DNA of 64,000 nt from an uncultured Candidatus Saccharibacteria bacterium (GTDB taxonomy: Bacteria > Patescibacteriota > UBA1384 > DTJR01). Every line of letters starts with the position of its first letter. The stretch's first letter is position 1. The notes under the pieces are model-generated. The model saw only the letters and a list, made by a program, of their open reading frames with translations, searched no databases and was not told the DNA's origin. The position numbers were made by a program, and so were the translations under genes. The stretch is from NCBI GenBank assembly GCA_964580065.1, contig CAZOJE010000001.1, positions 87,717 to 151,716 of the forward strand. The letters are read 5' to 3'. Positions 1 through 8,803 of this stretch are shown in pieces.

Positions 1-2
1 CG

Positions 3-533
3 CCAATTAATTTGGCTAGCGTGGCCAGTTTTTGTTTTATTACTGGTCGCGAATTCAATTTTGCCAAATTCGTGCCACACTTTAACAAACCGGATTTTAG
101 AATGCAGTTAGTAAAGGAAAAGGGCTCGCTCAAATTTTTTAATGATTCGGCCGCTACAAACCCAATTTCGACTATCGAAGCAGTTAACTTAGCCCAGGAC
201 GATTTTATTTTAATCTGTGGCGGTTCGAACAAAGGGCTTGAGTATGGCGAATTGGGAAAAATTTTAGCGCAAAATAATTTGTTTAAGAAAGTCTATCTTT
301 TTGGCGAAGTTGCTCCTGAAATGGAGCGAGATTTTCTTAGCTCTGGTGTGATAGGAGATAGGATCGTCCATAAAGAAACTTTAGAAGATGTTATGCGAAC
401 AATCAGCCAAGAAAATATTTCCGTCGGTTCGATTATATTTTCTCCTTCTGCGGCTAGTTTTGATCAATTTAGCAATTATAAAGAAAGGGGCGAGCGATTT
501 AACGACTTAGTAAAAAAATGGCCAAATATTTAA
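3..533 (+). CDS. murD: UDP-N-acetylmuramoyl-L-alanine--D-glutamate ligase, C-terminal part (truncated by window start)
   Basis: FFNDSAATN, LICGGSNKG and FSPSAASFDQFSNYKERGERF motifs; lies directly upstream of ftsW. Confidence 0.9.
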   Translation, partial: PINLASVASFCFITGREFNFAKFVPHFNKPDFRMQLVKEKGSLKFFNDSAATNPISTIEAVNLAQDDFILICGGSNKGLEYGELGKILAQNNLFKKVYLFGEVAPEMERDFLSSGVIGDRIVHKETLEDVMRTISQENISVGSIIFSPSAASFDQFSNYKERGERFNDLVKKWPNI

Positions 534-1642
534 AACAAAAATCTAAGCCCGATTTCAAGGTGGCTCTTTTGGTTGTAGGCATGGCCCTTTTCGGTATTAT
601 CATGATCGCTTCGGCTTCAGATGTAATTGCTCACGAAAAATACAAATCAATCGCTAATATTTATGTTATTCGTCAAATAGCCGCTTTTTTGGCTGGGCTG
701 GTTGTGATGGCGATTTTTTCTAATATTGATTATCGAAATTACAAAAAAATCTCCCTGACTCTGATTGTCATTACCTTGATTGCTTTAGTAGTGGTTTTTT
801 TGCCCGGCATTGGCTACGAATCTAACGGTGCGCATCGATGGATTAATTTGGGCTTTACGAGAGTTCAGCCGTCAGAGTTTGCTAAAATCACATTTTTAAT
901 TTATTTATGCAGTTGGCTTGATTCAAAAGAAAAATATATTAACTCTTTTAAAGATTTCTTTTTGCCGTTTATTATGATGCTTGTGGCTATGTCTCTGTTA
1001 ATAATCTTGCAACCCGATCTTGGCACATTAACGACAATTATTATTTCATCCATAGCTGTTTTCTTTGTTTCTGGCGCACCGGCTTGGCAATTTGAATCAA
1101 TTACAGTGTTTATGATTGCGGCCTTTGCTGTGTTTATTAAATCCGAGCCATATCGTTGGAACAGATTGATGACTTTTTTGAATCCCTCGGCCGAAACGCT
1201 TGGTGAAGGGTATCACATAAATCAGGCCTTCATTGCCGTCAGCCAAGGCGGCTTTTGGGGCTTGGGCTTTGGCCGTTCTATTCAAAAAATGGAATATTTG
1301 CCCGAGCCGCACACTGATTCGATTTTTGCGATTATCTGCGAAGAATTAGGTTTTGTCAGATCATCTTTGGTTGTAGTTGCTTATCTTTTTCTTTTTATTT
1401 TCGGCGTTCGTATTGCCAAAAAAGCGGTTGATAGATTTGGCAAATTATTGGCGACAGGAATCACCGTAGCCCTTTGTGCCCAAGCCGTTGTTAATATTTC
1501 GGCGATGCTTGGACTGGTGCCGCTCACGGGCGTTACCTTGCCATTTGTTTCATACGGCGGATCTTCGTTAGTCGTTTCATTTTTGCTGATCGGGATTTTA
1601 TTAAATATTTCGAAAGTGAGTAACCAATATGTCGAAGCATAA
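518..1642 (+). CDS. ftsW: SEDS peptidoglycan polymerase FtsW
   Basis: GAHRWI, QPSEFAK, LQPDLGT, LPEPHTDSIF, GVTLPFVSYGGSS; multi-TM; dcw context. Confidence 0.95.
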   Translation: MAKYLKQKSKPDFKVALLVVGMALFGIIMIASASDVIAHEKYKSIANIYVIRQIAAFLAGLVVMAIFSNIDYRNYKKISLTLIVITLIALVVVFLPGIGYESNGAHRWINLGFTRVQPSEFAKITFLIYLCSWLDSKEKYINSFKDFFLPFIMMLVAMSLLIILQPDLGTLTTIIISSIAVFFVSGAPAWQFESITVFMIAAFAVFIKSEPYRWNRLMTFLNPSAETLGEGYHINQAFIAVSQGGFWGLGFGRSIQKMEYLPEPHTDSIFAIICEELGFVRSSLVVVAYLFLFIFGVRIAKKAVDRFGKLLATGITVALCAQAVVNISAMLGLVPLTGVTLPFVSYGGSSLVVSFLLIGILLNISKVSNQYVEA

Positions 1643-4058
1643 AATAATTCTCACTGGCGGCGGAACGGGCGGACACATTTATCCGTTGCTTCGGTTAGCG
1701 GAGAAGCTAAAAAATGACTACGAGCTGATTTATATTGGTTCTAATTTAGACTTTGAAAAGGAAGAAGTTGCCAAAGAAAAAATAAAACATATTGCCATTC
1801 CTTGCGGCAAATTCCGCCGCAACTTTTCTCTGTTAAACCTGCTTTTAAATATCATTGATTTTTTCAAAGTAATTTTTGGCATAATTAAATCACTGGCTCT
1901 GCTAATTTTAATTAAACCGGATTTAGTTTTTTCTAAAGGCGGCTATGTTGCCTTACCTGTTTGTTTTGCCGCGCGCTTGCTTTCAATCAAAATTATTATC
2001 CACGAATCTGACATAACCCTTGGTTTAACCAACCGGATTACGGCCAGGTTTGCCGACAGGATATTAGTGGCTTTTCCTTTGGACGCTTATAATCTAAAAT
2101 ACGCCTCACGCTCTATCCATGTAGGCATACCTTTGCGAAAGGAATTTTTTGATTTTGACAACAAACGAAACGATTATGTTTTGTTTGTTGGCGGCAGTAG
2201 CGGCGCGGTAAAAATCAATGAATTAGTTTACGAAATTGCCCCGAAATTGCTCAAAGAAGAAAAAATTGTTCATTTAACGGGCAAAAATAATTTTGCTCAA
2301 GCTCAAGAATTTAAAAAAAGTTTGGACGAAAATTTGGCAAGAAATTATGAGCCAATTGATTATTCTTCCCATATGGAGGAATTAATTGCCAAAGCTAAAG
2401 TGGTTGTTACGCGCTCCGGTGCCACGGCTATTTTTGAAGCGGCGATATTTGAAAAACCATTGATATTAGTGCCAATTTCGGGCGATGTAGCCGCTCACCA
2501 AAGCGAAAATGCCAAATATCTAAAATCAATTAATTGCGGTGAGATTTTTGACCAAACAAAACCAGCCAGCGATCTACTTCATTTAATTAAATCGGTAAAA
2601 GAAAGTCGCAATAGTAAAATTAGCGAATTAGTGATTAAAAAATCGGCGGAAAAAATCAAAGAAATTATCGATGACGAAATTGCCGACGATTTAGCTAAAA
2701 TTAAGAAAGTTCATTTCATTGGCGCTGGTGGTGTTTCAATGAAATTGATTTCCAGAATTCTTACATCACTGGACAAACAGGTTACGAGTTCGGATTTAAA
2801 AACTGGCGGCCACAAAAAAGAATTTATTACCAAGGATTTGGATTTGGTGGTTTATTCTTCGGCCGCTGGCGCCAATTCGGCTGCTGCCCCAGAACACGAA
2901 CAGGCAAAAAAATTTGGTATCAAAACGATCAAAAGATCGAAAATGATTGATATTTTGGCGCAAACTAAAAGCGTCATCGCGGTTTCTGGAATGCACGGCA
3001 AGACCACGATTTCTTCTTTAATTGCGAGGGCTATGGAAAATGCCGGTCTCGGTCCTTCCTATTTAATCGGCGCCGATTATACAATGAAAAATCCAACGGC
3101 GAATTACACTAAAAAAAGTGAATATTTTGTTGTCGAATCTTGCGAATATGACGGCTCATTTCTCGATATATCACCTGAAATTGCTTTGATCGCTAATATC
3201 GAAAGGGAGCATTTAGACTATTTCAAAGGCGGGCTTTTAGATATAATCGACCAGTTTGGCAAATTCGTTGAAAATATTAAGCCCGGGGGGATTTTGGTTT
3301 ATTGCCGTGATGACGAAAATATTGTCAAGGTGATACGCCAAGCCGCCTCAACGCTGAATGAAAAATCAGTCAAACTCGTTTCTTATGGCGTGAGCCACGA
3401 CAGCGATTTTATTTTGACTAGAGTAGATTTTATTGACGGGCAAAATCGATTTAAAATAAAGCACATAAATTATGAGCAGGAATTTACTTCGCCTGTCCCG
3501 GGAGAACATTTTGCCCTAAATTGTTGCGGCGCCTATGCCTTGCTTAAAACTTTTGCTATATCCGATAGTCAAATAATCACTACTTTTGCCAATTTCTATG
3601 GCGCCGATCGAAGATTTAGTTTTGTTGGCAACATTGCCAATAGCAAGGTGTATGATGATTATGCTCATCACCCCACAGAAATTGCTGCTACTTTGACGGC
3701 TTTGCGTGAGGCCTTCCCTCAAGAAGAAAAAATCGTTATTTTTGAGCCGCATCAGCAAAAAAGATTTGATGACTTTTATGCCCAATTTGTTGATGTTTTT
3801 TCGCAAAGCAAAATAGACCATCTTGTTTTATTACCCGTGTTCAAAATTGCCGGTCGTGACACTGATGAAGTTAGAAATTGCCTTAAGCTGAAAAATGATC
3901 TTTTAAAAAGCGGGCTTGACGTAATGTACGCGACTAATTATCAGGAAGCCGCCGCCGAGATTGAAAAATTAATTGAACAAAAATCTGTTATTTTAACGAT
4001 GGGGGCGACCAATGTAAATCGCGTCGGGACGATTTTGCTTAAAAATAAAAAAAGATAA
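1629..4058 (+). CDS. murG-murC: MurG-MurC fusion protein
   Basis: N-half has GGGTGGHIYP, SKGGYV, HESD and TRSGA (MurG). C-half has HFIGAGGVSM, GMHGKTT, ESCEYD and DDYAHHPTE (MurC). One continuous ORF. Confidence 0.92.
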   Translation: MSKHKIILTGGGTGGHIYPLLRLAEKLKNDYELIYIGSNLDFEKEEVAKEKIKHIAIPCGKFRRNFSLLNLLLNIIDFFKVIFGIIKSLALLILIKPDLVFSKGGYVALPVCFAARLLSIKIIIHESDITLGLTNRITARFADRILVAFPLDAYNLKYASRSIHVGIPLRKEFFDFDNKRNDYVLFVGGSSGAVKINELVYEIAPKLLKEEKIVHLTGKNNFAQAQEFKKSLDENLARNYEPIDYSSHMEELIAKAKVVVTRSGATAIFEAAIFEKPLILVPISGDVAAHQSENAKYLKSINCGEIFDQTKPASDLLHLIKSVKESRNSKISELVIKKSAEKIKEIIDDEIADDLAKIKKVHFIGAGGVSMKLISRILTSLDKQVTSSDLKTGGHKKEFITKDLDLVVYSSAAGANSAAAPEHEQAKKFGIKTIKRSKMIDILAQTKSVIAVSGMHGKTTISSLIARAMENAGLGPSYLIGADYTMKNPTANYTKKSEYFVVESCEYDGSFLDISPEIALIANIEREHLDYFKGGLLDIIDQFGKFVENIKPGGILVYCRDDENIVKVIRQAASTLNEKSVKLVSYGVSHDSDFILTRVDFIDGQNRFKIKHINYEQEFTSPVPGEHFALNCCGAYALLKTFAISDSQIITTFANFYGADRRFSFVGNIANSKVYDDYAHHPTEIAATLTALREAFPQEEKIVIFEPHQQKRFDDFYAQFVDVFSQSKIDHLVLLPVFKIAGRDTDEVRNCLKLKNDLLKSGLDVMYATNYQEAAAEIEKLIEQKSVILTMGATNVNRVGTILLKNKKR

Positions 4059-4087
4059 GAAATTTAAATTTGGGATATAATGATTTT

Positions 4088-5023
4088 ATGGAAAATTGGC
4101 TTAAAGAATTAAAAGAAGAATTACCCGGTATTTTAGAAGGCGAGCGCTTAGGCCGTTACAGCACGATGGGGGTCGGCGGACCGGCGCGGGCGGTTTTTGT
4201 CTCGAGAAATTTTGAGGAGCTTTCGGAAGCTGTGTTTACGGCTAAGAAACTAAAAATAAAATTTCGAGTTATTGGCAACGGTTCCAATATTATTTTCCCC
4301 GATGAATTATATGACGGTTTAATTATTATCAATAAGGCGAATAATATTTATATTGATAAAATGAGCGGGCGAGTGATTGCTGAATCCGGTGCTCCGTTAT
4401 CCAAACTGATTTTGGAATCGGCCGCGGCCGGTTTGTCAGGTCTGGAAAAACTTTATGGTGTGCCGGGAACGGTGGGTGGAGCGATAGTGGCTAACGCCGG
4501 CACGCACGGCGTAGCGATTGCTGATTATTTGAAGACTGCCACAATAATTACCGGTGAGGAAAAAATTCTAAGTTGTAAAAATAAATGGTTCGATTTTGGT
4601 TATCGAAAAAGCAAGCTGAAATATAAAAAAGTAAATTCTCCTGTTGTTGTTCTGAATGCTATTTTTCAGTTTCAAAGACGGAAAAACGAGGGTATTTTAG
4701 ATGACATCAGCAAGGCCAAATTGATCAGGCAAACTAAACAACCTTTGGGCGAAAAAACGTGCGGCAGTGTTTTTCGCAATCCGGCTGGAACGGATAACAT
4801 TTCGGGAGATCAAATTACTTATGCGGCGGGGTATCTATTGGAGCAAGCGGGGGCAAAGAGAATGTCGGTTGGCGGGGCTAAAGTTTCAAAAATTCATGCT
4901 AATTGGATTGTAAATTCGGGCTCGGCCACGGCAGAAGACATAAAAGGGCTGGTAAAAAAAATGAAAGAGGCCGTTAAAGAAAAGTTTTCCATTGAACTGG
5001 AAGAAGAAATTGAATTTTTATAA
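4088..5023 (+). CDS. murB: UDP-N-acetylmuramate dehydrogenase
   Basis: GVGGPA, GNGSN, GVPGTVGGA, CGSVFRNP, HANWIVN; ATG 4088 preferred over TTG 4070 because TATAAT lies at 4076-4081. Confidence 0.95.
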   Translation: MENWLKELKEELPGILEGERLGRYSTMGVGGPARAVFVSRNFEELSEAVFTAKKLKIKFRVIGNGSNIIFPDELYDGLIIINKANNIYIDKMSGRVIAESGAPLSKLILESAAAGLSGLEKLYGVPGTVGGAIVANAGTHGVAIADYLKTATIITGEEKILSCKNKWFDFGYRKSKLKYKKVNSPVVVLNAIFQFQRRKNEGILDDISKAKLIRQTKQPLGEKTCGSVFRNPAGTDNISGDQITYAAGYLLEQAGAKRMSVGGAKVSKIHANWIVNSGSATAEDIKGLVKKMKEAVKEKFSIELEEEIEFL

Positions 5024-5029
5024 TTTGCG

Positions 5030-5809
5030 ATGGAAAGAAAAAAATCTTTACCAACAAGAAGAGATTTTAGAAAAGTCGAGATTTTTTCTAAAACCGAAAA
5101 AAGCGAAAAACCTAAAATTCATTTGAATTTTAAGCCGTTAAAAAATATTTTCGTTATCGTTGTTGTTTTGGCAGCGGCTTATTATGTTTTGTTTAGCCCG
5201 ATTTTTAAAATAAAAGATGTCGAGGTGGAGGGAATTCGATCGGTTGATATTATCGATAAAATAAAAATTTCTCTCACGGGAAAGCACATACTCTTTATTA
5301 ATATTGGCAATTTTTTAAGCGATTTGACGCGCGAATTTCCGGTGCTGGAAGAAGTTAGGGTCGTCAGGGGCTTACCGAATAGCATTAAAGTAATTGGCTC
5401 GGAAAGGGAAAGCGCTCTCATTTGGTGCTCGAGTGAATGTTATAAAATGGACCCCAGTGGTTATATTTACGAGAAAATTGACAAGCCAGTAGACAAAATT
5501 TATATCCAGCAAAAAGATGCCACGGAAATTTCGTTGGGTCAGAAAGTTGCCACGACCAAATTCGTGATGTTCTATGTCAGTTGCGTTGACGGTTTGGCTA
5601 AGCAGGGAATTAGCGTGAAATCAGCCGAAGTTTCGGATATGATTTATCAGCTAGGTTTTGTTACAAGCGATGGTTGGCGGGCGATTTTTGATACTTCTGA
5701 ATCTTTAGATAATCAACTTTATGCCCTCAAACAGGTCCTAGAAAAAAATCGTTCTGACGTAAAAGAGTATGTCAATCTTGGCGTTAAAGGACAGGCCTAC
5801 ATTAAGTAA
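5030..5809 (+). CDS. ftsQ: FtsQ/DivIB-type POTRA-domain cell division protein
   Basis: Single TM followed by FKIKDVEVEG POTRA-like segment and C-terminal EYVNLGV; follows murB. Confidence 0.7.
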   Translation: MERKKSLPTRRDFRKVEIFSKTEKSEKPKIHLNFKPLKNIFVIVVVLAAAYYVLFSPIFKIKDVEVEGIRSVDIIDKIKISLTGKHILFINIGNFLSDLTREFPVLEEVRVVRGLPNSIKVIGSERESALIWCSSECYKMDPSGYIYEKIDKPVDKIYIQQKDATEISLGQKVATTKFVMFYVSCVDGLAKQGISVKSAEVSDMIYQLGFVTSDGWRAIFDTSESLDNQLYALKQVLEKNRSDVKEYVNLGVKGQAYIK

Positions 5810-5862
5810 ATTTGCTATTTTTGGGCGTTTGCTGATAATCTAACTTTTAGTAAAGGAGGCGA

Positions 5863-7521
5863 TTGAGTAAGGTGAATTGGCAAATAATTAATAAATATCC
5901 TAAAGACCTAATTGCTGCTATTGCGAAATCGCGCGGCATTAAGAATTTTGATAATTTCGTTAATCCCGATTTCGGTGCTCTGGTTGATCCTTTTTTAATC
6001 CCGGGTATGAAAAAAGGCGTTAAGAGAATTCAAACGGCCATTAAAAATAACGAAAAAATCGGGATTTTTATGGATTATGATGCTGACGGCATTCCGGGCG
6101 GGGCGATTATTTACAAGGCCTTAACAAAATTTACCAAAAATGTTTTTACACACGTTCCTTTGCGAGAAGATGGCTATGGTTTAAATATTTCCGCCATTGA
6201 TAATTTTAAAAATAATGGCGTTAGTTTGCTGATTACGGTAGATTGCGGCATTAAAAATATCAAAGAAGTGGCGCACGCTAAAAAAAGTGGCATCGACATA
6301 ATCATCACCGACCATCACACTTTGGGTGATGATCTACCGGAGGCCGATGTTATTATCCATCCTTTGATTGAGCAAAAAAATAAATTGAAATTCAAAGATT
6401 TTTCCGGCGGCGGCGTGGCTTTTATGCTGGCTAAGGCCTTGTCGAAAAATGACGGTCAGGAAAAATGGCTTTTGGATTTAGCGGCCATTTCTTCGATAGC
6501 CGATATTGTGACGCTTCGTGATGACAATCGACTGATTGTCAAATATGGTTTAGTCGTTTTAAACAAAACCCGAAATTTGGGGCTAAAAACTTTAATTGAT
6601 GTTGCTAAAATCAATTGGGGTAATATTGGCACCTACGAAGTGGGTTATTTGATTGCGCCAAGAATAAACGCGGCTGGACGAATCTCTTCGCCGCAAAAAA
6701 GTTTTCAACTTTTGATTACTGAAGATAAAAATGAAGCCAAAAAATTAGCTCAAGAGCTTGATAGTCTTAATGCCGAGCGCCAAGAAATTTTAACTTCCGC
6801 GCAAAAATCAGCCGAACAGACCGTTAGGGAAAAGAAACTTTATGAAAATAAGCTTATTTTACTTCACAACTCTGCTTGGCCTGAAGGAATAATTGGCTTG
6901 ATTGCCGGCAAAATCGCCCAACAGTATTATTGCCCAACGATCGTTTTAAATGAACGCGCTGGCAAAATGAAGGGGAGCGCGCGTTCGATTGCTGGCATTA
7001 ATATCACGCAATTAATCGGTAAGAGCGAAAAATATCTTTTAAGTTTTGGCGGTCATGAACAGGCAGCGGGTCTTTCGTTGGAGTCGAAAAATCTGGAAAA
7101 GTTTGAAAAATCAATCCTAAATAACGCCCAAAAATTCCCATCGAATTTATATGAAAAAACGCTCAAAATTGATGCATTGGCCGAACCGAAACAAATCAAT
7201 TTAACGCTGGCGCGTCAAATGGAAAAACTAGAACCCTTTGGGCCGGGGAATTATCGTCCGGTTATCGGCTTGGAAGAAATGAGAATTATGTCTTTGCGTC
7301 AAGTTGGCCGAGACGGTAAACATTTACATTTAGAGGTGGCCAAATCGGGCGAGAAACAAGACTCTCACCGCCTGATTGCTTTCAACTATGAAGCAAACGG
7401 CTGGAAGATCGAAAGGGGCGATATTGTTGATTTGGCTTTTTCGGTTAAATTAGGTGAATTTAATGGTCAGCAGAAATTAGATTTAATTTTAGAGGATATT
7501 AAAAAAGTCAATGGCGATTAA
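5863..7521 (+). CDS. recJ: ssDNA-specific exonuclease RecJ
   Basis: DYDADG, ITVDCG, TDHH, PRINAAGR, GSARS, GGHEQAAG; AAGGAGG before TTG start. Confidence 0.96.
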   Translation: MSKVNWQIINKYPKDLIAAIAKSRGIKNFDNFVNPDFGALVDPFLIPGMKKGVKRIQTAIKNNEKIGIFMDYDADGIPGGAIIYKALTKFTKNVFTHVPLREDGYGLNISAIDNFKNNGVSLLITVDCGIKNIKEVAHAKKSGIDIIITDHHTLGDDLPEADVIIHPLIEQKNKLKFKDFSGGGVAFMLAKALSKNDGQEKWLLDLAAISSIADIVTLRDDNRLIVKYGLVVLNKTRNLGLKTLIDVAKINWGNIGTYEVGYLIAPRINAAGRISSPQKSFQLLITEDKNEAKKLAQELDSLNAERQEILTSAQKSAEQTVREKKLYENKLILLHNSAWPEGIIGLIAGKIAQQYYCPTIVLNERAGKMKGSARSIAGINITQLIGKSEKYLLSFGGHEQAAGLSLESKNLEKFEKSILNNAQKFPSNLYEKTLKIDALAEPKQINLTLARQMEKLEPFGPGNYRPVIGLEEMRIMSLRQVGRDGKHLHLEVAKSGEKQDSHRLIAFNYEANGWKIERGDIVDLAFSVKLGEFNGQQKLDLILEDIKKVNGD

Positions 7522-8803
7522 AGCAAAAAAACTTTATGTTTGTAGTGAATGCGGCGGCGAGCATATCAGCTGGTCGGGCAAGTGCTCTTATTGCGGTCGC
7601 TGGAATACTTTAAAAGAACTCAATATTAGTCCCGAAAAAGGACCGTCAGTGCAAAAAGCCCAAGTGAAAAAGCTTTCTTCGGTTGAAATTAGAAAAGGCG
7701 AACGAATGCCGACGGGGATTAGTGAAGCGGATTTGGTTTTTGGCGGCGGTATTGTCGAAGGTTCGGTTCTGCTTTTGGGGGGACATCCGGGCATCGGCAA
7801 ATCAACTTTAGTATGGCAAATTTCGGCGGCAGTTAAGGGCAAGGTTCTCTATATTGCCGGTGAGGAGTCGCCGGAACAAATAAAATTAAGATCTCAACGG
7901 CTCAAAACGACGGGCGACAACATTTTTGTTATCGATAATTCTGATATTAATAGTTGGCTGGATAATCTTAAATCAGACGAATACAAGCTGCTAATCATTG
8001 ATTCGATTCAAACGATCTTTGATTCATCAATTGCTTCTTCGGCCGGAAGTATTATGCAACTAAAACAATGCACTTTACGAATAATTAAAAAAGCCAAAGA
8101 GATTGGTCTCTCGACTATCATTATTGGTCATGTTACTAAAGAGGGTGAAGTGGCAGGACCAAAAACGCTAGAACATCTTGTTGATGGTGTTTTTTATCTT
8201 GAAGGCGAAAAATATTCTTCGGAAAGGTTTTTGCGAAGTCAAAAAAATCGCTTTGGGCCAACGGAAGAATTGGGCGTTTTTGAACTAACGGAAAAAGGTT
8301 TGGTGGCAAAGGCCGATTTTGGCCGGTTGAAAACAGATCAGGAGGTGCCGGTGGGCGTGGCCAGAACCGCCGTAGCCGAGGGCAGTCGAATCTACATGGT
8401 GGAAGTTCAGTCTTTAGTCCAAAAAACCAGCTATGGCTTGCCACGGCGAAATGCGGTTGGTTTTGATTTTAATCGTTTGCAAATGATTATCGCGGTGATG
8501 GGAAAGCACACCAAAATCGACCTTTCTGGCCATGATGTTTTTTTGAATATTTCTGAAGGATATAAATTGAAAGAACCGTCGGCAGACATGGCGGTGGTAA
8601 TATCACTAGCGAGCTCATATTTTGGCAAAAGCGCTTCGGGCAATGAAATATTTGTTGGCGAAACAGATTTGGCTGGCCGTGTTCATCTTCAAGGCCAAGT
8701 GAAAAAAATTGTAAAAACTTGCCAAAAACTGGGCTTCAAGATTCCCAATCCGACAACAACAGATCTAGAGCAATTTATTAAAAAATCGCTTAAAGTGTCG
8801 TAA
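7511..8803 (+). CDS. radA: DNA repair protein RadA/Sms
   Basis: N-terminal C4 zinc finger, GHPGIGKST, IDSIQT, GHVTKEG, KNRFG. Confidence 0.96.
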   Translation: MAIKAKKLYVCSECGGEHISWSGKCSYCGRWNTLKELNISPEKGPSVQKAQVKKLSSVEIRKGERMPTGISEADLVFGGGIVEGSVLLLGGHPGIGKSTLVWQISAAVKGKVLYIAGEESPEQIKLRSQRLKTTGDNIFVIDNSDINSWLDNLKSDEYKLLIIDSIQTIFDSSIASSAGSIMQLKQCTLRIIKKAKEIGLSTIIIGHVTKEGEVAGPKTLEHLVDGVFYLEGEKYSSERFLRSQKNRFGPTEELGVFELTEKGLVAKADFGRLKTDQEVPVGVARTAVAEGSRIYMVEVQSLVQKTSYGLPRRNAVGFDFNRLQMIIAVMGKHTKIDLSGHDVFLNISEGYKLKEPSADMAVVISLASSYFGKSASGNEIFVGETDLAGRVHLQGQVKKIVKTCQKLGFKIPNPTTTDLEQFIKKSLKVS

